Shown piece after piece: positions 41,398 through 51,267 of a stretch of 64,000 nucleotides of DNA (position 1 is its first letter; every line of letters begins with the position of its first letter). The notes beneath the pieces are model-generated. The model saw nothing but the letters and a program-made list of their open reading frames with translations, had not been told where the DNA came from and did not search any database. The DNA is from an uncultured Phycisphaerales bacterium (lineage in GTDB: Bacteria; Planctomycetota; Phycisphaerae; Tepidisphaerales; Tepidisphaeraceae). The stretch lies in NCBI GenBank assembly GCA_963755915.1, contig CAVWLP010000002.1, positions 1,664,001 through 1,728,000 on the forward strand, written 5' to 3'. A program made the translations under genes and the position numbers.

Positions 41398-42102
41398 GTG
41401 AAATCAACGCCTGAGGAAATCCGCGCCGGTTCGATCGGGAAGTCGAGCGTTTTTCGGTGCTGGAGACGGGGCAGACCGCGACCATGGATGCGCCGCTGGT
41501 TCTGGAAATGATGACTGCGGCCGCGGCATCGGTGTCTCCGGCTGCGAAGCGCCTGCTCGATGTCGGTTGCGGGGCGGGAAATTATTCGCTTAAGATGCTT
41601 GGGCGCCTGCCGAAGCTTGACGTTACGCTGGTTGACCTCAGCAAGCCGATGCTGGACCGGGCACGGGAGCGAATCTCGGCCGCGGGGGCCGAAAAAGTTG
41701 AGACGATCCAGGGCGATGTGCGCGAAATCGAGCTGGGGGAGAAGCGCTTCGACATCATTCTCGCGGCGGCCGTGCTGCACCATCTGCGCGAGGAAGCGGA
41801 GTGGCGATCCGTCTTCGCAAAATTTTATCGCGCTCGCGCCGGGGGGATCGATCTGGATTTCGGACATGGTCCAGCACACGTTTGCGCCGGTGGAGGCGGA
41901 GATGAAAAGGCGCTATGGGGAATACCTGGTGAACCTCAAAGGGGAGCAGCATCGCGACGCGGTTTTCGCATATGTTGAGAAGGAGGATTCGCCGCGCAGC
42001 CTGGTTTTTCAGATCGATCTGCTTCGCGAGGTGGGGTTTAAGAAGGTGGAAGTGCTGCACAAAAACGCCATCTTCGCGGCGTTTGGGGCGCTCAAGGAAT
42101 AG
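41398..42102 (+). CDS. Class I SAM-dependent methyltransferase (two apparent frameshifts)
   Basis: MKSTPEEIR..., LLDVGCGAGN, VDLSKPML, FDIILAAAVLHHLR, PGG..WISD, EDSPRSL. Confidence 0.85.
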
Positions 42103-42107
42103 ATTGG

Positions 42108-42368
42108 TTATTGCTGCTCGCTGGCGGATTGGGTGAGGATGGTGAGCTTGTTGTCCTTCATCTGGGCGACGCCGCCGCTGATCTGAAACATTTTCCGCTG
42201 CCCGGAGGCGAGATCGAGGCGCAGCGGGCCTTTGCCAAGCTTGGCAAGGAGGGGGGCGCGGTTGGTTAGGATGCCCAGCAGGCCGTCGACGGCGGGGATG
42301 ATCGCCTGGGTGAGGGACTTATCCAGCAGTTGTTGTTCGGGGGTAACCAGGACACAGGAAAAGGCCAT
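42108..42368 (-). CDS. atpC: F0F1 ATP synthase epsilon subunit (beta-sandwich only)
   Basis: VLVTPEQ, IPAVDGLLGILTNRAPLLAKLGKG, ISGGVAQMKDNKLTIL. Confidence 0.85.
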   Translation of the reverse strand: MAFSCVLVTPEQQLLDKSLTQAIIPAVDGLLGILTNRAPLLAKLGKGPLRLDLASGQRKMFQISGGVAQMKDNKLTILTQSASEQQ

Positions 42369-42562
42369 AAATCGCTCCAATACGAGGCACAACAGCGGGA
42401 AAAGAGTTTAGAGGTAGGGAGTCTTTAGGTCAATTTGGCGGCGGAAAAGGCGTTGCCAAAGCCATCGGTTGATATATGATTATGCCTACAGGATTTGACC
42501 ACCGCGCGGCATTACGCGGTGGTCCGTGTTTTTTTGGCAGGCATCGGACAGGAGCCGGCATC

Positions 42563-43030
42563 ATGCAGTTCGTCAGTGCGCAGGAAAAACAGGCCATGGA
42601 GCAAAAGCGCGAGGAGCTTTACAAGGCTCAGATCGACGTTCAGGATCGGATTCGCAAAGCGGCCAGCCTGGGGGACCTGTCGGAAAATGCCGAGTATCAC
42701 TTCGCCAAGGAGGAGAATCGCAACATCCAGCGGCAGCTTGCCGAGCTGGAGGCGAAGATCAAGAACATTTCGGTGGTCTCGAACGACGCGGTTCCGGACA
42801 ACATGGTTTTCATCGGGCACATTGTGAAGCTGATGGACCTGGACGATGAGAGCCAAATGATGGTGCGGATTGTGGGCGAAGCGCAGCCGGCCGCCGGTGC
42901 AGATATTACCAACGTGAGCGCGAACAGCCCGATGGGGGAGGCGCTGATCAAGGCGAGGGTTGGCGACACAGTGAAGGTGAGGGCGCCGCGCGGGACGATG
43001 GAATTCAAGATCCTCGAAATTGCGGGATAG
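42563..43030 (+). CDS. greA: Transcription elongation factor GreA
   Basis: AASLGDLSENAEYHFAKE, SPMGEALI..VGDTV.V.APRG. Confidence 0.95.
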   Translation: MQFVSAQEKQAMEQKREELYKAQIDVQDRIRKAASLGDLSENAEYHFAKEENRNIQRQLAELEAKIKNISVVSNDAVPDNMVFIGHIVKLMDLDDESQMMVRIVGEAQPAAGADITNVSANSPMGEALIKARVGDTVKVRAPRGTMEFKILEIAG

Positions 43031-43063
43031 TTGGGCTGGCGCTAGTTGTCGCGGGCTTTCATC

Positions 43064-43136
43064 GCCACCTTAGCTCAGTTGGTAGAGCAGCAGTTTTGTA
43101 AACTGCGGGTCCCCAGTTCGAATCTGGGAGGTGGCT
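43064..43136 (+). tRNA. tRNA-Thr(TGT)
   Basis: Cloverleaf: GCCACCT/AGGTGGC acceptor stem, anticodon loop TTTGTAA, TTCGAAT T-loop; CCA not encoded. Confidence 0.97.
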
Positions 43137-43281
43137 TTTGGCTGTACCGATTCCGCCGTGTCGGTTCCCACAAATAATGTGTCGGACCATCCCTTCCCGT
43201 CACGGTAAAAGTGTTACTCACGTTCGAATTTATGGATTCGTATTTCAATGTTCTATGATCTCCTAGCCCACTAACATCCCA

Positions 43282-43632
43282 ATGAGCAAGCCCACGACCT
43301 ACATATCGCTTGGCCTGGCAATCCTTGCTTGGGTAAATTTCATCATCACCCAGTTCCTCTACCGCCCGGCCGACCCCATGCTCTTTATTTTGACTTTGGG
43401 CTGGCCGTGCTATTACGCCGTTCTTTTTGGCATCACGCGTGTTATCGCATGGCAAGCTACGCAGGCAAATTCCCCTGCTTGGTACCCCGCCCCGGTGGAG
43501 CGCGCATTTCCCTGGACCATCCGCCGCCGATTTCACGCCGCGATCGCGCCCGTTGCATTGATTAGCTTTTCTGTGATTGCTTTTTCAATTTCGATCGTTG
43601 CCGTCACCACCACGCTTCTCCATCACCGGTGA
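43282..43632 (+). CDS. Small membrane protein (about 3 TM helices)
   Basis: Three hydrophobic segments; no recognised family. Confidence 0.6.
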   Translation: MSKPTTYISLGLAILAWVNFIITQFLYRPADPMLFILTLGWPCYYAVLFGITRVIAWQATQANSPAWYPAPVERAFPWTIRRRFHAAIAPVALISFSVIAFSISIVAVTTTLLHHR

Positions 43633-43748
43633 CCGCTCTCCAAAAAAGTTACAAATCGGAGGTGAATTTTACCTTCAAGGTGGCTTGCATACTTGGGCAA
43701 AACGGTCGATGCGCTGGTACAATCGTCTACGCCGGCCGGCAGATTGCG

Positions 43749-44057
43749 ATGAAACTCAAGAACATGGAAATCCCCGCGGATCAAATCGAAGCCTTCTGCC
43801 GCAAGTGGAAGCTGAAGGAGCTTTCGCTCTTTGGTTCGGTGCTTCGGGACGATTTCGGCCCGGAGAGCGATGTAGATGTTCTGGTCAGTTTCGTGCCCGG
43901 CGCCGAAATGACCTTCGAGGGTTTTATCGAAATGCGCGAGGAGCTTTCCGGGCTGTTTGGCGGGCGGCCCGTCGATCTCGTGGAAAAGCGGCTGGTGCGC
44001 AATCCGTTCAGGCGATATGAGATTCTGACCACGCGAGAGGTTGTGTATGCCGCGTGA
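43749..44057 (+). CDS. Minimal nucleotidyltransferase (MNT/MntA-like antitoxin)
   Basis: LSLFGSVLRDDFGPESDVDVLV..LFGGRPVDLV. Confidence 0.92.
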   Translation: MKLKNMEIPADQIEAFCRKWKLKELSLFGSVLRDDFGPESDVDVLVSFVPGAEMTFEGFIEMREELSGLFGGRPVDLVEKRLVRNPFRRYEILTTREVVYAA

Positions 44058-44103
44058 CCGCAGTGACGCGGCGCTGTTGCTGGACATGTTGAACGCCGCC
44101 GAA
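44047..44103 (+). pseudogene. Truncated HEPN/DUF86 toxin remnant
   Basis: Overlaps the MNT stop; MPRDRSDAALLLDMLNAAE is a typical DUF86 start, then similarity is lost and the pectinesterase gene begins. Confidence 0.7.
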
Positions 44104-44134
44104 GTGCCATTCCTTGTAATCGAGGGTGAAATTG

Positions 44135-45190
44135 ATGATACAAAGGATTCTCGTTCTGTTTGTTGCAGCGGTGAGTCTCGCCGTTTGTGATGGCGCGTTG
44201 TCCCAGACTAGCCCGTCGAATGTCGCCGGGTCCGCTGCCACGACGGCTCCGACGACGCTGCCGTCGGTCATCACCGTGGCTGCGGATGGTTCGGGGATGT
44301 TTAAGACCGTGCAGGCGGCGGTCGATGCGATTCCGGCATATCCGCGTCAGGTCTATGAGATCCACATTCTGCCCGGAACTTATTTCGAGCACATCACGGT
44401 TCCGCGGATCAAGCCGTTCATTCGTTTCCAGGGCGACGACCCGGCGAAAACGATATTGACGTTTAACCTTGGCGCACCGATGCGCGGGCCGGATGGGAAG
44501 CCGATCGGCACATTCGCCACTCCCAGCGTCAGCATTCTTGCCGACGATTTCACGGCGCAAAACATCACGTTTCAGAATACGTTTGGCCCGCATGGACAGG
44601 CATTGGCGATCGAGGTGGCGGGGGACCGCGTGGCGTTCGACAATTGCCGGTTTCTGGGGTGGCAGGACACGATGTTTGCCGACAGCAGCGGGCGGAATTA
44701 TTTCCATAAGTGCTACATCGAAGGGCATGTGGATTTTATTTTTGGGAAGTCGACGGCCGTTTTCGATTCGTGTGAGATTCGCAGCAAGCAGAAGGGATAT
44801 CTGACCGCCGCTTCGACTGAGCAGGGGAAGCTGTATGGGTATGTTTTTCTGCATTGCAAGCTGACGGCCGATCCCGACGTGAAAGCCGGGACGGTTTATC
44901 TTGGCCGGCCGTGGCGGTCGCATGGGGCGACGGCGTTTATCGAATGCCAGATGGGGCCGCAGATCCGGCCCGAGGGATGGTTTAACTGGAAAAATCCGGC
45001 GAATGAAAAGACGGCGCGGTATGCGGAGTTCGGGAACACGGGCCCCGGGGCGGAGACGAGCCAGCGCGTGAATTGGGCGCATCAGCTTAGCGCCCAGGAA
45101 GCCTCGCAATACCTGGTGACGAATATTCTTTGTGGAACGGACGGATGGATTCCGCCGTTTTTCATGGGGGAGACGCCGCCGGGTAAGTAG
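44135..45190 (+). CDS. Pectinesterase (CE8), secreted
   Basis: VAADGSGMFKTVQAAVDA, QALAI, GWQDTMF, YIEGHVDFIFG, YLGRPWR, YAEFGNTGPGA. Confidence 0.93.
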   Translation: MIQRILVLFVAAVSLAVCDGALSQTSPSNVAGSAATTAPTTLPSVITVAADGSGMFKTVQAAVDAIPAYPRQVYEIHILPGTYFEHITVPRIKPFIRFQGDDPAKTILTFNLGAPMRGPDGKPIGTFATPSVSILADDFTAQNITFQNTFGPHGQALAIEVAGDRVAFDNCRFLGWQDTMFADSSGRNYFHKCYIEGHVDFIFGKSTAVFDSCEIRSKQKGYLTAASTEQGKLYGYVFLHCKLTADPDVKAGTVYLGRPWRSHGATAFIECQMGPQIRPEGWFNWKNPANEKTARYAEFGNTGPGAETSQRVNWAHQLSAQEASQYLVTNILCGTDGWIPPFFMGETPPGK

Positions 45191-45202
45191 TGGCGGATCA
45201 AC

Positions 45203-45787
45203 ATGGGTTCGATGGCTGCGATGATTCTGGCCGCGGGCGGCAGCACGCGGATGGGGCGGGCAAAGCAGCTTCTGCGGATTGGGGGGGAATCGCTGGTTCA
45301 TCGAACGGCGCGGGCGGCGGTGGAGGCGGGGTGCGGGCCGATTTTTGTGGTGATGGGGGCGGGCGCGGACGCCATTGCGTCGGAAGTTTCGGATTTGCCG
45401 GTGAAGTGTGCCTTGAATGCGGATTGGGAGAAGGGGATGGGGGGAAGTATTCGGGTGGGGTTGCGAGCGATATTGGCGAATGATCCGAGGGCCGAGGCGG
45501 CGGCGATTTTGCTTTGCGATCAGCCGGGGGTTGAATCGGGGGTTCTTCGCGAATTGTTCGCGGCGTTTTCGGACGGTGGAAAGCCGATGGCGGCGTGTCG
45601 GTATGGGGGGACGCTGGGGCCGCCGTGTTGTTTTGCGGAATCGATGTTTGAAGAGTTGCTGCAACTTGGGGACGGCGAGGGGGCGAAGCGGTTGCTGGTG
45701 AAAGATTCGTCGCGGGTGACGGTGATGGAATGGGCGGGAGGGGAGAGTGATTTGGATACGCCGGGGGATTGGGAGCGGTTTCGATAG
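45203..45787 (+). CDS. MocA/MobA-like nucleotidyltransferase (NTP_transf_3)
   Basis: ILAAGGSTRMGRAKQLL, W.KGMGGSI, LCDQP, GDGEGAKRLL, DLDTPGD. Confidence 0.9.
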   Translation: MGSMAAMILAAGGSTRMGRAKQLLRIGGESLVHRTARAAVEAGCGPIFVVMGAGADAIASEVSDLPVKCALNADWEKGMGGSIRVGLRAILANDPRAEAAAILLCDQPGVESGVLRELFAAFSDGGKPMAACRYGGTLGPPCCFAESMFEELLQLGDGEGAKRLLVKDSSRVTVMEWAGGESDLDTPGDWERFR

Positions 45788-45810
45788 GGTTCGACTGGCA
45801 GTCGTGAACG

Positions 45811-45859
45811 GCCCCCTCCCTAACCCTCCTCCGGATTACCGGGGGCGGGGAGAAGAGGG
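45811..45859 (+). repeat. Family A palindromic element variant
   Basis: gccccctccctaaccctcctccggattaccgggggcggggagaagaggg. Confidence 0.7.
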
Positions 45860-45907
45860 ATTGGGAGCGGTTTTGCAAAACTTGTCTGCTTCGCGAGAAT
45901 CGGCGCG

Positions 45908-48016
45908 ATGAGGATATTCCTCGCGGTGGTGCTGGGCGCTTTGATTGGCACGAGTTCAATTTCACGTGGTTCGGACACCGATGATTCCCGCATCGAGAAA
46001 CTCATTTCGCAGATGACGCTGGCGGAGAAGATCGCGATGGTGCACGCGGACACGCGATTTTCCGCGGGGGGCGTGCCGCGGCTGGGGATTCCCCGGCTCT
46101 GGATGAGCGATGGACCCAACGGCGTGCGCGAGGATATCCAGGCCAATAGCTGGAATCCGGCCGGGAGCACGCAGGATTATTCAACCTGCCTGCCGCCCGA
46201 GCTTTGCCTCGCGGCGACCTTCGACACCAGCATCGCCAAAGACTACGGCGCTGTCATCGGTCAGGAGGCGAAGGAGCGGGGGAAGAATATCATGCTGGGG
46301 CCGAGCCTCAATATTCAGCGCACGCCGCTTTGCGGGCGGAATTTTGAATACCTGGGTGAAGACCCGTTTCTCACCGGGCAGATGGCCGTTGCCTATATCC
46401 ACGGAGTGCAGGGCGAGGGGATCGCCTCTTGCGCGAAGCATTTTGCGGCGAATAACCAGGAGACGAACCGCGACTCGATCGACGTGGAGATGGACGAGCG
46501 CACGCTGCGGGAGATTTATCTGCCGGCGTTTAAAGCCGCGGTGCAGCAGGGGGGCGTCTGGTGCGTGATGGGGGCGTACAACCAGTTTCGCGGCCAGCAT
46601 TGCTGTCATAACGATTATCTGCTTAATAAAATCCTCAAGGAGGAGTGGGGATTCAAAGGGATGGTGATTACCGACTGGGGCGGCGCCCACGACACCCGGC
46701 AGGCCGCGTTCAATGGGCTGGACCTGGAGATGGGAACCAGGGGAGCGTACGACACCTATTTCATGGCAACCGCGCTGATGCAGATGGTCGAATCGGGGCA
46801 GGTGCCGGTCGCCCTGCTCGATGACAAAGTCCGCCGGCATCTTCGCGTGATGGAAGCGATCGGGCTGCTGGACAACAAATTCGCCGGGGGCTCGCTGAAC
46901 ACGCACGAGCACCAGATGACGGCGCGGCGCGTGGCCGAGGAGGGGATCGTCCTGCTCAAAAACGACGCGAACGTGCTGCCGCTGGATTCGAGCAAAATTC
47001 ATTCGATCGCCGTGATCGGCGAAAACGCGGTTCGGCTGATGGCGCACGCGGGCGGAAGTGCCCAGATCAAATCGCTGTACGAAATCACGCCCCTGGCCGG
47101 GATTATTCAGCGGGCCGGGCCGAATCAGAACGTCACTTTTTCGATGGGGTACTCGCAGAAGGGTGGGAGCGACGACATGGCCGCCCGCGCCGTGCAGGCG
47201 GCGCGACAGGCGGATGTGGCGATTTTCGTCGCGGGGTTGCCGCATACGCGGTTTTATGACAGCGAAGGGACCGACCGGAAGGACCTGAAACTTCCGTTTG
47301 GGCAGGATGAATTGATCGAGAAAGTCGTCGCGGCGAATCCGCGAACGATCGTGGTGCTGATCGACGGCGGGGCAGTGGAGATGCCGTGGGTGGACCAGGT
47401 TCCGGCCATCGTGCAGGCGTGGTATCCGGGAATGGAAGGGGGGAATGCGATCGCGGGGGTTTTGTTTGGCGATGTGAATCCGTCGGGGAGGCTGCCTTGC
47501 ACGTTTCCGAAGAAGCTGGGCGATTCGCCGGCGCATGCGCTCAATGCGTTTCCCGGGGAAAAGGGCGTGGTGCGGTATACCGAGGGGATTTTTGTGGGGT
47601 ATCGCTGGTTTGATGAGAAGAATATCGAGCCGCTGTTTCCGTTTGGGTATGGGTTGTCGTATACGACGTTTGGATATTCGAATTTGAAGCTGACAGGGCA
47701 GGGGGGCTCGAAGGATTCAGTCAGCGTGCAGTGCGATGTCACCAACACCGGCTCGCGTGCGGGGGCGGAAGTGGTGCAGGTTTATGTGGGGCAGGCGCAT
47801 CCGAAGTTGCCTCGTCCGCCGAGGGAATTGAAGGGTTTTGCGCGGATCTATCTGAAGCCCGGGGAGACGGGGAGCGTTTCGATACCGCTGAATTTCAGCT
47901 CATTTGCTTATTACGACTCGGATCAATCGAAATGGGTGGCGGATGAGGACGATTTCAATATCGAAGTGGGGAGCTCGTCGCGGGATATTCGACTCACGGA
48001 TGTCTGGAAGCGCTGA
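45908..48016 (+). CDS. GH3 beta-glucosidase, secreted
   Basis: MTLAEKI, SDGPNGVR, GRNFEYLGEDP, KHFAANNQE, VITDWG, PLFPFGYGLSYT, Fn3-like C-terminus. Confidence 0.95.
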   Translation: MRIFLAVVLGALIGTSSISRGSDTDDSRIEKLISQMTLAEKIAMVHADTRFSAGGVPRLGIPRLWMSDGPNGVREDIQANSWNPAGSTQDYSTCLPPELCLAATFDTSIAKDYGAVIGQEAKERGKNIMLGPSLNIQRTPLCGRNFEYLGEDPFLTGQMAVAYIHGVQGEGIASCAKHFAANNQETNRDSIDVEMDERTLREIYLPAFKAAVQQGGVWCVMGAYNQFRGQHCCHNDYLLNKILKEEWGFKGMVITDWGGAHDTRQAAFNGLDLEMGTRGAYDTYFMATALMQMVESGQVPVALLDDKVRRHLRVMEAIGLLDNKFAGGSLNTHEHQMTARRVAEEGIVLLKNDANVLPLDSSKIHSIAVIGENAVRLMAHAGGSAQIKSLYEITPLAGIIQRAGPNQNVTFSMGYSQKGGSDDMAARAVQAARQADVAIFVAGLPHTRFYDSEGTDRKDLKLPFGQDELIEKVVAANPRTIVVLIDGGAVEMPWVDQVPAIVQAWYPGMEGGNAIAGVLFGDVNPSGRLPCTFPKKLGDSPAHALNAFPGEKGVVRYTEGIFVGYRWFDEKNIEPLFPFGYGLSYTTFGYSNLKLTGQGGSKDSVSVQCDVTNTGSRAGAEVVQVYVGQAHPKLPRPPRELKGFARIYLKPGETGSVSIPLNFSSFAYYDSDQSKWVADEDDFNIEVGSSSRDIRLTDVWKR

Positions 48017-48031
48017 GATGAGGGACGGAAG

Positions 48032-48059
48032 ACGCGCCCCACAAGTGGGGCGGCTACAC
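48032..48059 (+). repeat. Family B short hairpin repeat
   Basis: acgcgccccacaagtggggcggctacac, with a compensatory G-C to A-T stem change. Confidence 0.8.
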
Positions 48060-48067
48060 GGGGAGTT

Positions 48068-48910
48068 TTAGGCCGATAATACGTCGAGGAGTTGCTTGAG
48101 ATCTGTGCGCTGTGGATCGTCGGGATTATCGCGGAGATAGGCGTCGAGCCAGAGGCTTGCCGGACGCGACATTCCGATCCGCGCCAGCACCAGGGCCAGG
48201 TCGCGCTGGAGGTGGCCCTGATCGGGCCAGAGGATCATTTCCATTTCCAGGGTGGCGGCGACGTCGGCGTATTGGCCGTTGGTTCCGAAAATGTGCAGCA
48301 GGTTCTGAAGGATTCGCGTCAGCCAGTGGCGGTGCGAGGCGGGGCGGAGCATGTCGTCCGACCAGTGCATATCCGGGCCAAAGAGTTCCTGGAGCCGCTC
48401 GTTGGCTTCTTCGCGGGTCATGACCCGGCCGGCGGAGAAGGGGTCGACCAAAAGGATCGTCTCCGGACGCTCCTCGACGGCCACCAGGAAATGGCCCGGC
48501 AGGCCCACGCCCCAGCAGCGAAGACCCAGCCGCTCGGCGACGATTTTGTAGATGAGGCTCAGCGTGATGGGCAAGCCGCGCTTGGAGGACAAAACCGCTG
48601 GGAGATAGCTGTTGGCGGGGTTGTAATAATCTTCAGTGTTTCCGGTCAGGCCACCGGTGTCGAAAAGGACGTCGTGGAGATGGGCGAGGATCGCCTGGGG
48701 CTGGTCGCCCCGCACGCGTTTGCGGACGGCGGCGACGTAGCTCTGGATCTGGCGGTCGACGCGGCGGGGGTCGGCCGTCGGCATGAAGTTCATCGCAACG
48801 GCCACGGCGCCGTTGAGGAGGGCATCGCTGGACTGTAGCGACGACACCTGCCGGGCGAGCACTTTAAATGCCTCTGGGGAGCAGCATTGGGGCAGTTGCG
48901 GTTCGGACAT
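48068..48910 (-). CDS. SirB1-family transglutaminase-like plus TPR protein
   Basis: GNTEDYYNPANSYL..VL..KRGLPITLSLIY..GVGLPGHFLV..VDPF..RILQNL. Confidence 0.88.
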   Translation of the reverse strand: MSEPQLPQCCSPEAFKVLARQVSSLQSSDALLNGAVAVAMNFMPTADPRRVDRQIQSYVAAVRKRVRGDQPQAILAHLHDVLFDTGGLTGNTEDYYNPANSYLPAVLSSKRGLPITLSLIYKIVAERLGLRCWGVGLPGHFLVAVEERPETILLVDPFSAGRVMTREEANERLQELFGPDMHWSDDMLRPASHRHWLTRILQNLLHIFGTNGQYADVAATLEMEMILWPDQGHLQRDLALVLARIGMSRPASLWLDAYLRDNPDDPQRTDLKQLLDVLSA

Positions 48911-49083
48911 CACGGCCTCCCGTATTCGACCGAGGCTTATATCGGTCAAAGCTATGTTTCCTCTATGCAGAATATGTGCCACATCGCCTTAGAGTGCGGT
49001 CTGAATGCCGCAGGGCGTCAAGTTGGCGGGCTGGGGCGGTTTTGAGGTATCGTTTGGCTCGACTTGCTGGGAATATGGTGAAA

Positions 49084-49461
49084 ATGGCCCGAAAAGTTAA
49101 TGGATTTCCCCGCCAACACCGCCTGGGCGGGCGGGGCGTCTTCGCGGCGATTTATGCCCGGGGTTCACGGCAATCGGCGGGTCCGCTGCTGGTTTACAGC
49201 GTGCCGAATTCCCAGCCTTTTAACCGCTGGGGACTGAGTGCCGGGCGACGGATTGGTATAGCAGTGCGACGTAATCGTCTTAAGAGACTGATCCGTGAAA
49301 GTATTCGCTTACTTAAATGTGAGGTTGCTGGAGGATACGATGTGGTGATCGTGATCCGTCCCCATGAGCCGCTGACGGTTGGCCAATACAGACTGCGATT
49401 GAAAACGGCCATGACCCACGCGCATGAGCACTGGTCGAAGGTCGGGCCTAAAATCCCCTAG
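49084..49461 (+). CDS. rnpA: Ribonuclease P protein component
   Basis: FPRQHRL..F..IY, GLSAGRRIGIAVRRNRLKRLIRE, DVVIV. Confidence 0.92.
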   Translation: MARKVNGFPRQHRLGGRGVFAAIYARGSRQSAGPLLVYSVPNSQPFNRWGLSAGRRIGIAVRRNRLKRLIRESIRLLKCEVAGGYDVVIVIRPHEPLTVGQYRLRLKTAMTHAHEHWSKVGPKIP

Positions 49462-49466
49462 CAAAA

Positions 49467-49673
49467 ATGCGCTGGCTCCTGGTTCAACTTGTGATTCTCT
49501 ATCGCGGAACGCTGGGGCAGTTTCTCGGCGGGCAGTGCCGGTTTACGCCCTCGTGCAGCCAGTATGCGATTGATGCAATCAACAAATATGGCGCCCTGCG
49601 CGGATCGTGGAAAGCGCTGCGGCGGATGCTGCGGTGCCATCCCTGGGGGGGACGGGGGTATGACCCGGCGTGA
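49467..49673 (+). CDS. yidD: Membrane protein insertion efficiency factor
   Basis: CRFTPSCSQYAIDAI.KYG..RG..RMLRCHPWGGRGYDP. Confidence 0.95.
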   Translation: MRWLLVQLVILYRGTLGQFLGGQCRFTPSCSQYAIDAINKYGALRGSWKALRRMLRCHPWGGRGYDPA

Positions 49674-49683
49674 CGTAAAAATC

Positions 49684-49715
49684 CCTCTTTCCCCCTCTCC
49701 CGGTACCCCGGGAGA
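49684..49715 (-). repeat. Partial family A element
   Basis: cctctttccccctctcccggtaccccgggaga. Confidence 0.6.
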
Positions 49716-49803
49716 TCAGAGGCTGAGCGAAGCGAAGTCCCGACTTGTCGGGAGTCGGGGCGGGCCTAAAAAAAATCTGATGCGCCAGCGAGTCTCGAGA
49801 ACA

Positions 49804-50894
49804 TTACTCCGCCAAAAATCTCTGAAGCTTTTTGAACCTCTTGAGCACCCTCGCCCGCAGCGCCGCATGACCCGGTTTGAACTGGTGCCCATGCTCGGCG
49901 AGCCGCACAAATAGCTTCACCATGTTTTGCCAATCGGAGCGGTCGATATATTCGGGGCCGATTTTTTTGCGCTTTACATCCATGTTGTGATAGTTGCCCT
50001 GCGCGACGCAGAGTGAAGCGGCGGTGTACCCATAGACGTCGTAGACGGTTGCCTCGCACACGCCCCCGGGCATAAGGGCGCGCTGGTGGCGGAAGGCGCG
50101 GTCGTTTTTTTTCAATTCGTCGGCCTGCTGCCCGAGAAAATAGGTGAGTGCGGAGTTGAAGATGCTGGCGCGGTCGCCGACGCGGATGATGACGCCGTCT
50201 CCCTGCCGGGCCACCGGCTGCTCGCTGCTGCACTCGATGGCGATGACGCGGTCGGTTCCTCGCAGCAGCGTCCGATGCTCGCACGCGGCAATGCAGCCGA
50301 TGAAACCCTCCTCTTCGGCACGCGTGAGAAGGACGGCGACAGGGGATTTCAGTTTTCGCCCTTTCAGGCGGTCGAGCATCGCCAGGCAGGCGGAGGCGCC
50401 GCCGAGATCGTCGCACCCCCGGCAGAAGAATTTCCCGCCGACGTAGCGGCCGACGCCCTGGTCGAACATTCCGGGAGATCCGGGGGCCACGGGGCGGGAG
50501 ATTCGAACCGTCACCTCGTGCGGGACAGCGCGCTGGTCGTAATCGGCGACGGTGGCCTGGGTGACGACCCCGGCGGCTTCGCCGGCATCGTCGAAAAATC
50601 GCACGCGGGTGCCCTGGACGAAGTCGACCTTCACCCACCCACGGAAGTCGGCCCTGAGCGTCCGATCGTCGAGCATTTTCCGCGCGATAAAGCCGGGATG
50701 ATCCATATGGGCGGTGAAAACCCACCGCGGCAGGCGGGATCGCGATTTCAATTCGATGAGCAGATTCCCAAAGCGATCCTGCCTCATCGCCAGGTATTTC
50801 CGTGCCGCGACGAACCGGCGCCGAAATCGATCACGCGATGTTCGGCAAATGGAGCGGTCGGAACGGAGCAAAGCGTTTTGAGCAGGTCGGACAT
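49804..50894 (-). CDS. M20/M25/M40/M42-type metallo-hydrolase (indels near the N-terminus)
   Basis: QDRFGNLL, TAHMDHPGF, CDDLGG, TRAEEEGFIG, GGVCEAT, NYHN. Confidence 0.85.
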
Positions 50895-51203
50895 TGATGA
50901 GGCTCTATCTTCTTTCAGTCATTGTCCCGGCAAAGGGTCTCGCGGTCGAGATCGGGGTCTTTGGCGATCTGGGACGATCGAGTAGTTCCCACATTTTCCC
51001 AAAATTTCTCACTTTTGGGGTGTGTTACCTTGTCTTGCCCGCGATTCGTTGGGGCGGTGAAGATTGCTGATTGAGGAGGCACAGGGAAAAATAGTGGGCG
51101 TCTATATACAGGTCCAAAAGGTGTACGTTTCGTACCTATTTTCGGGAATCCGGAGATTTTTGGGGTGAGATTGTTGAAGTTCGAAAGAATCTGCAAGTGG
51201 GGG

Positions 51204-51231
51204 ACGCGCCCCGCAAGCGGGGCCGCTAAAC
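51204..51231 (+). repeat. Family B short hairpin repeat
   Basis: acgcgccccgcaagcggggccgctaaac. Confidence 0.75.
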
Positions 51232-51267
51232 GTGGGGATTGGGGCTGCGTTGATATTCGCAGCACTT

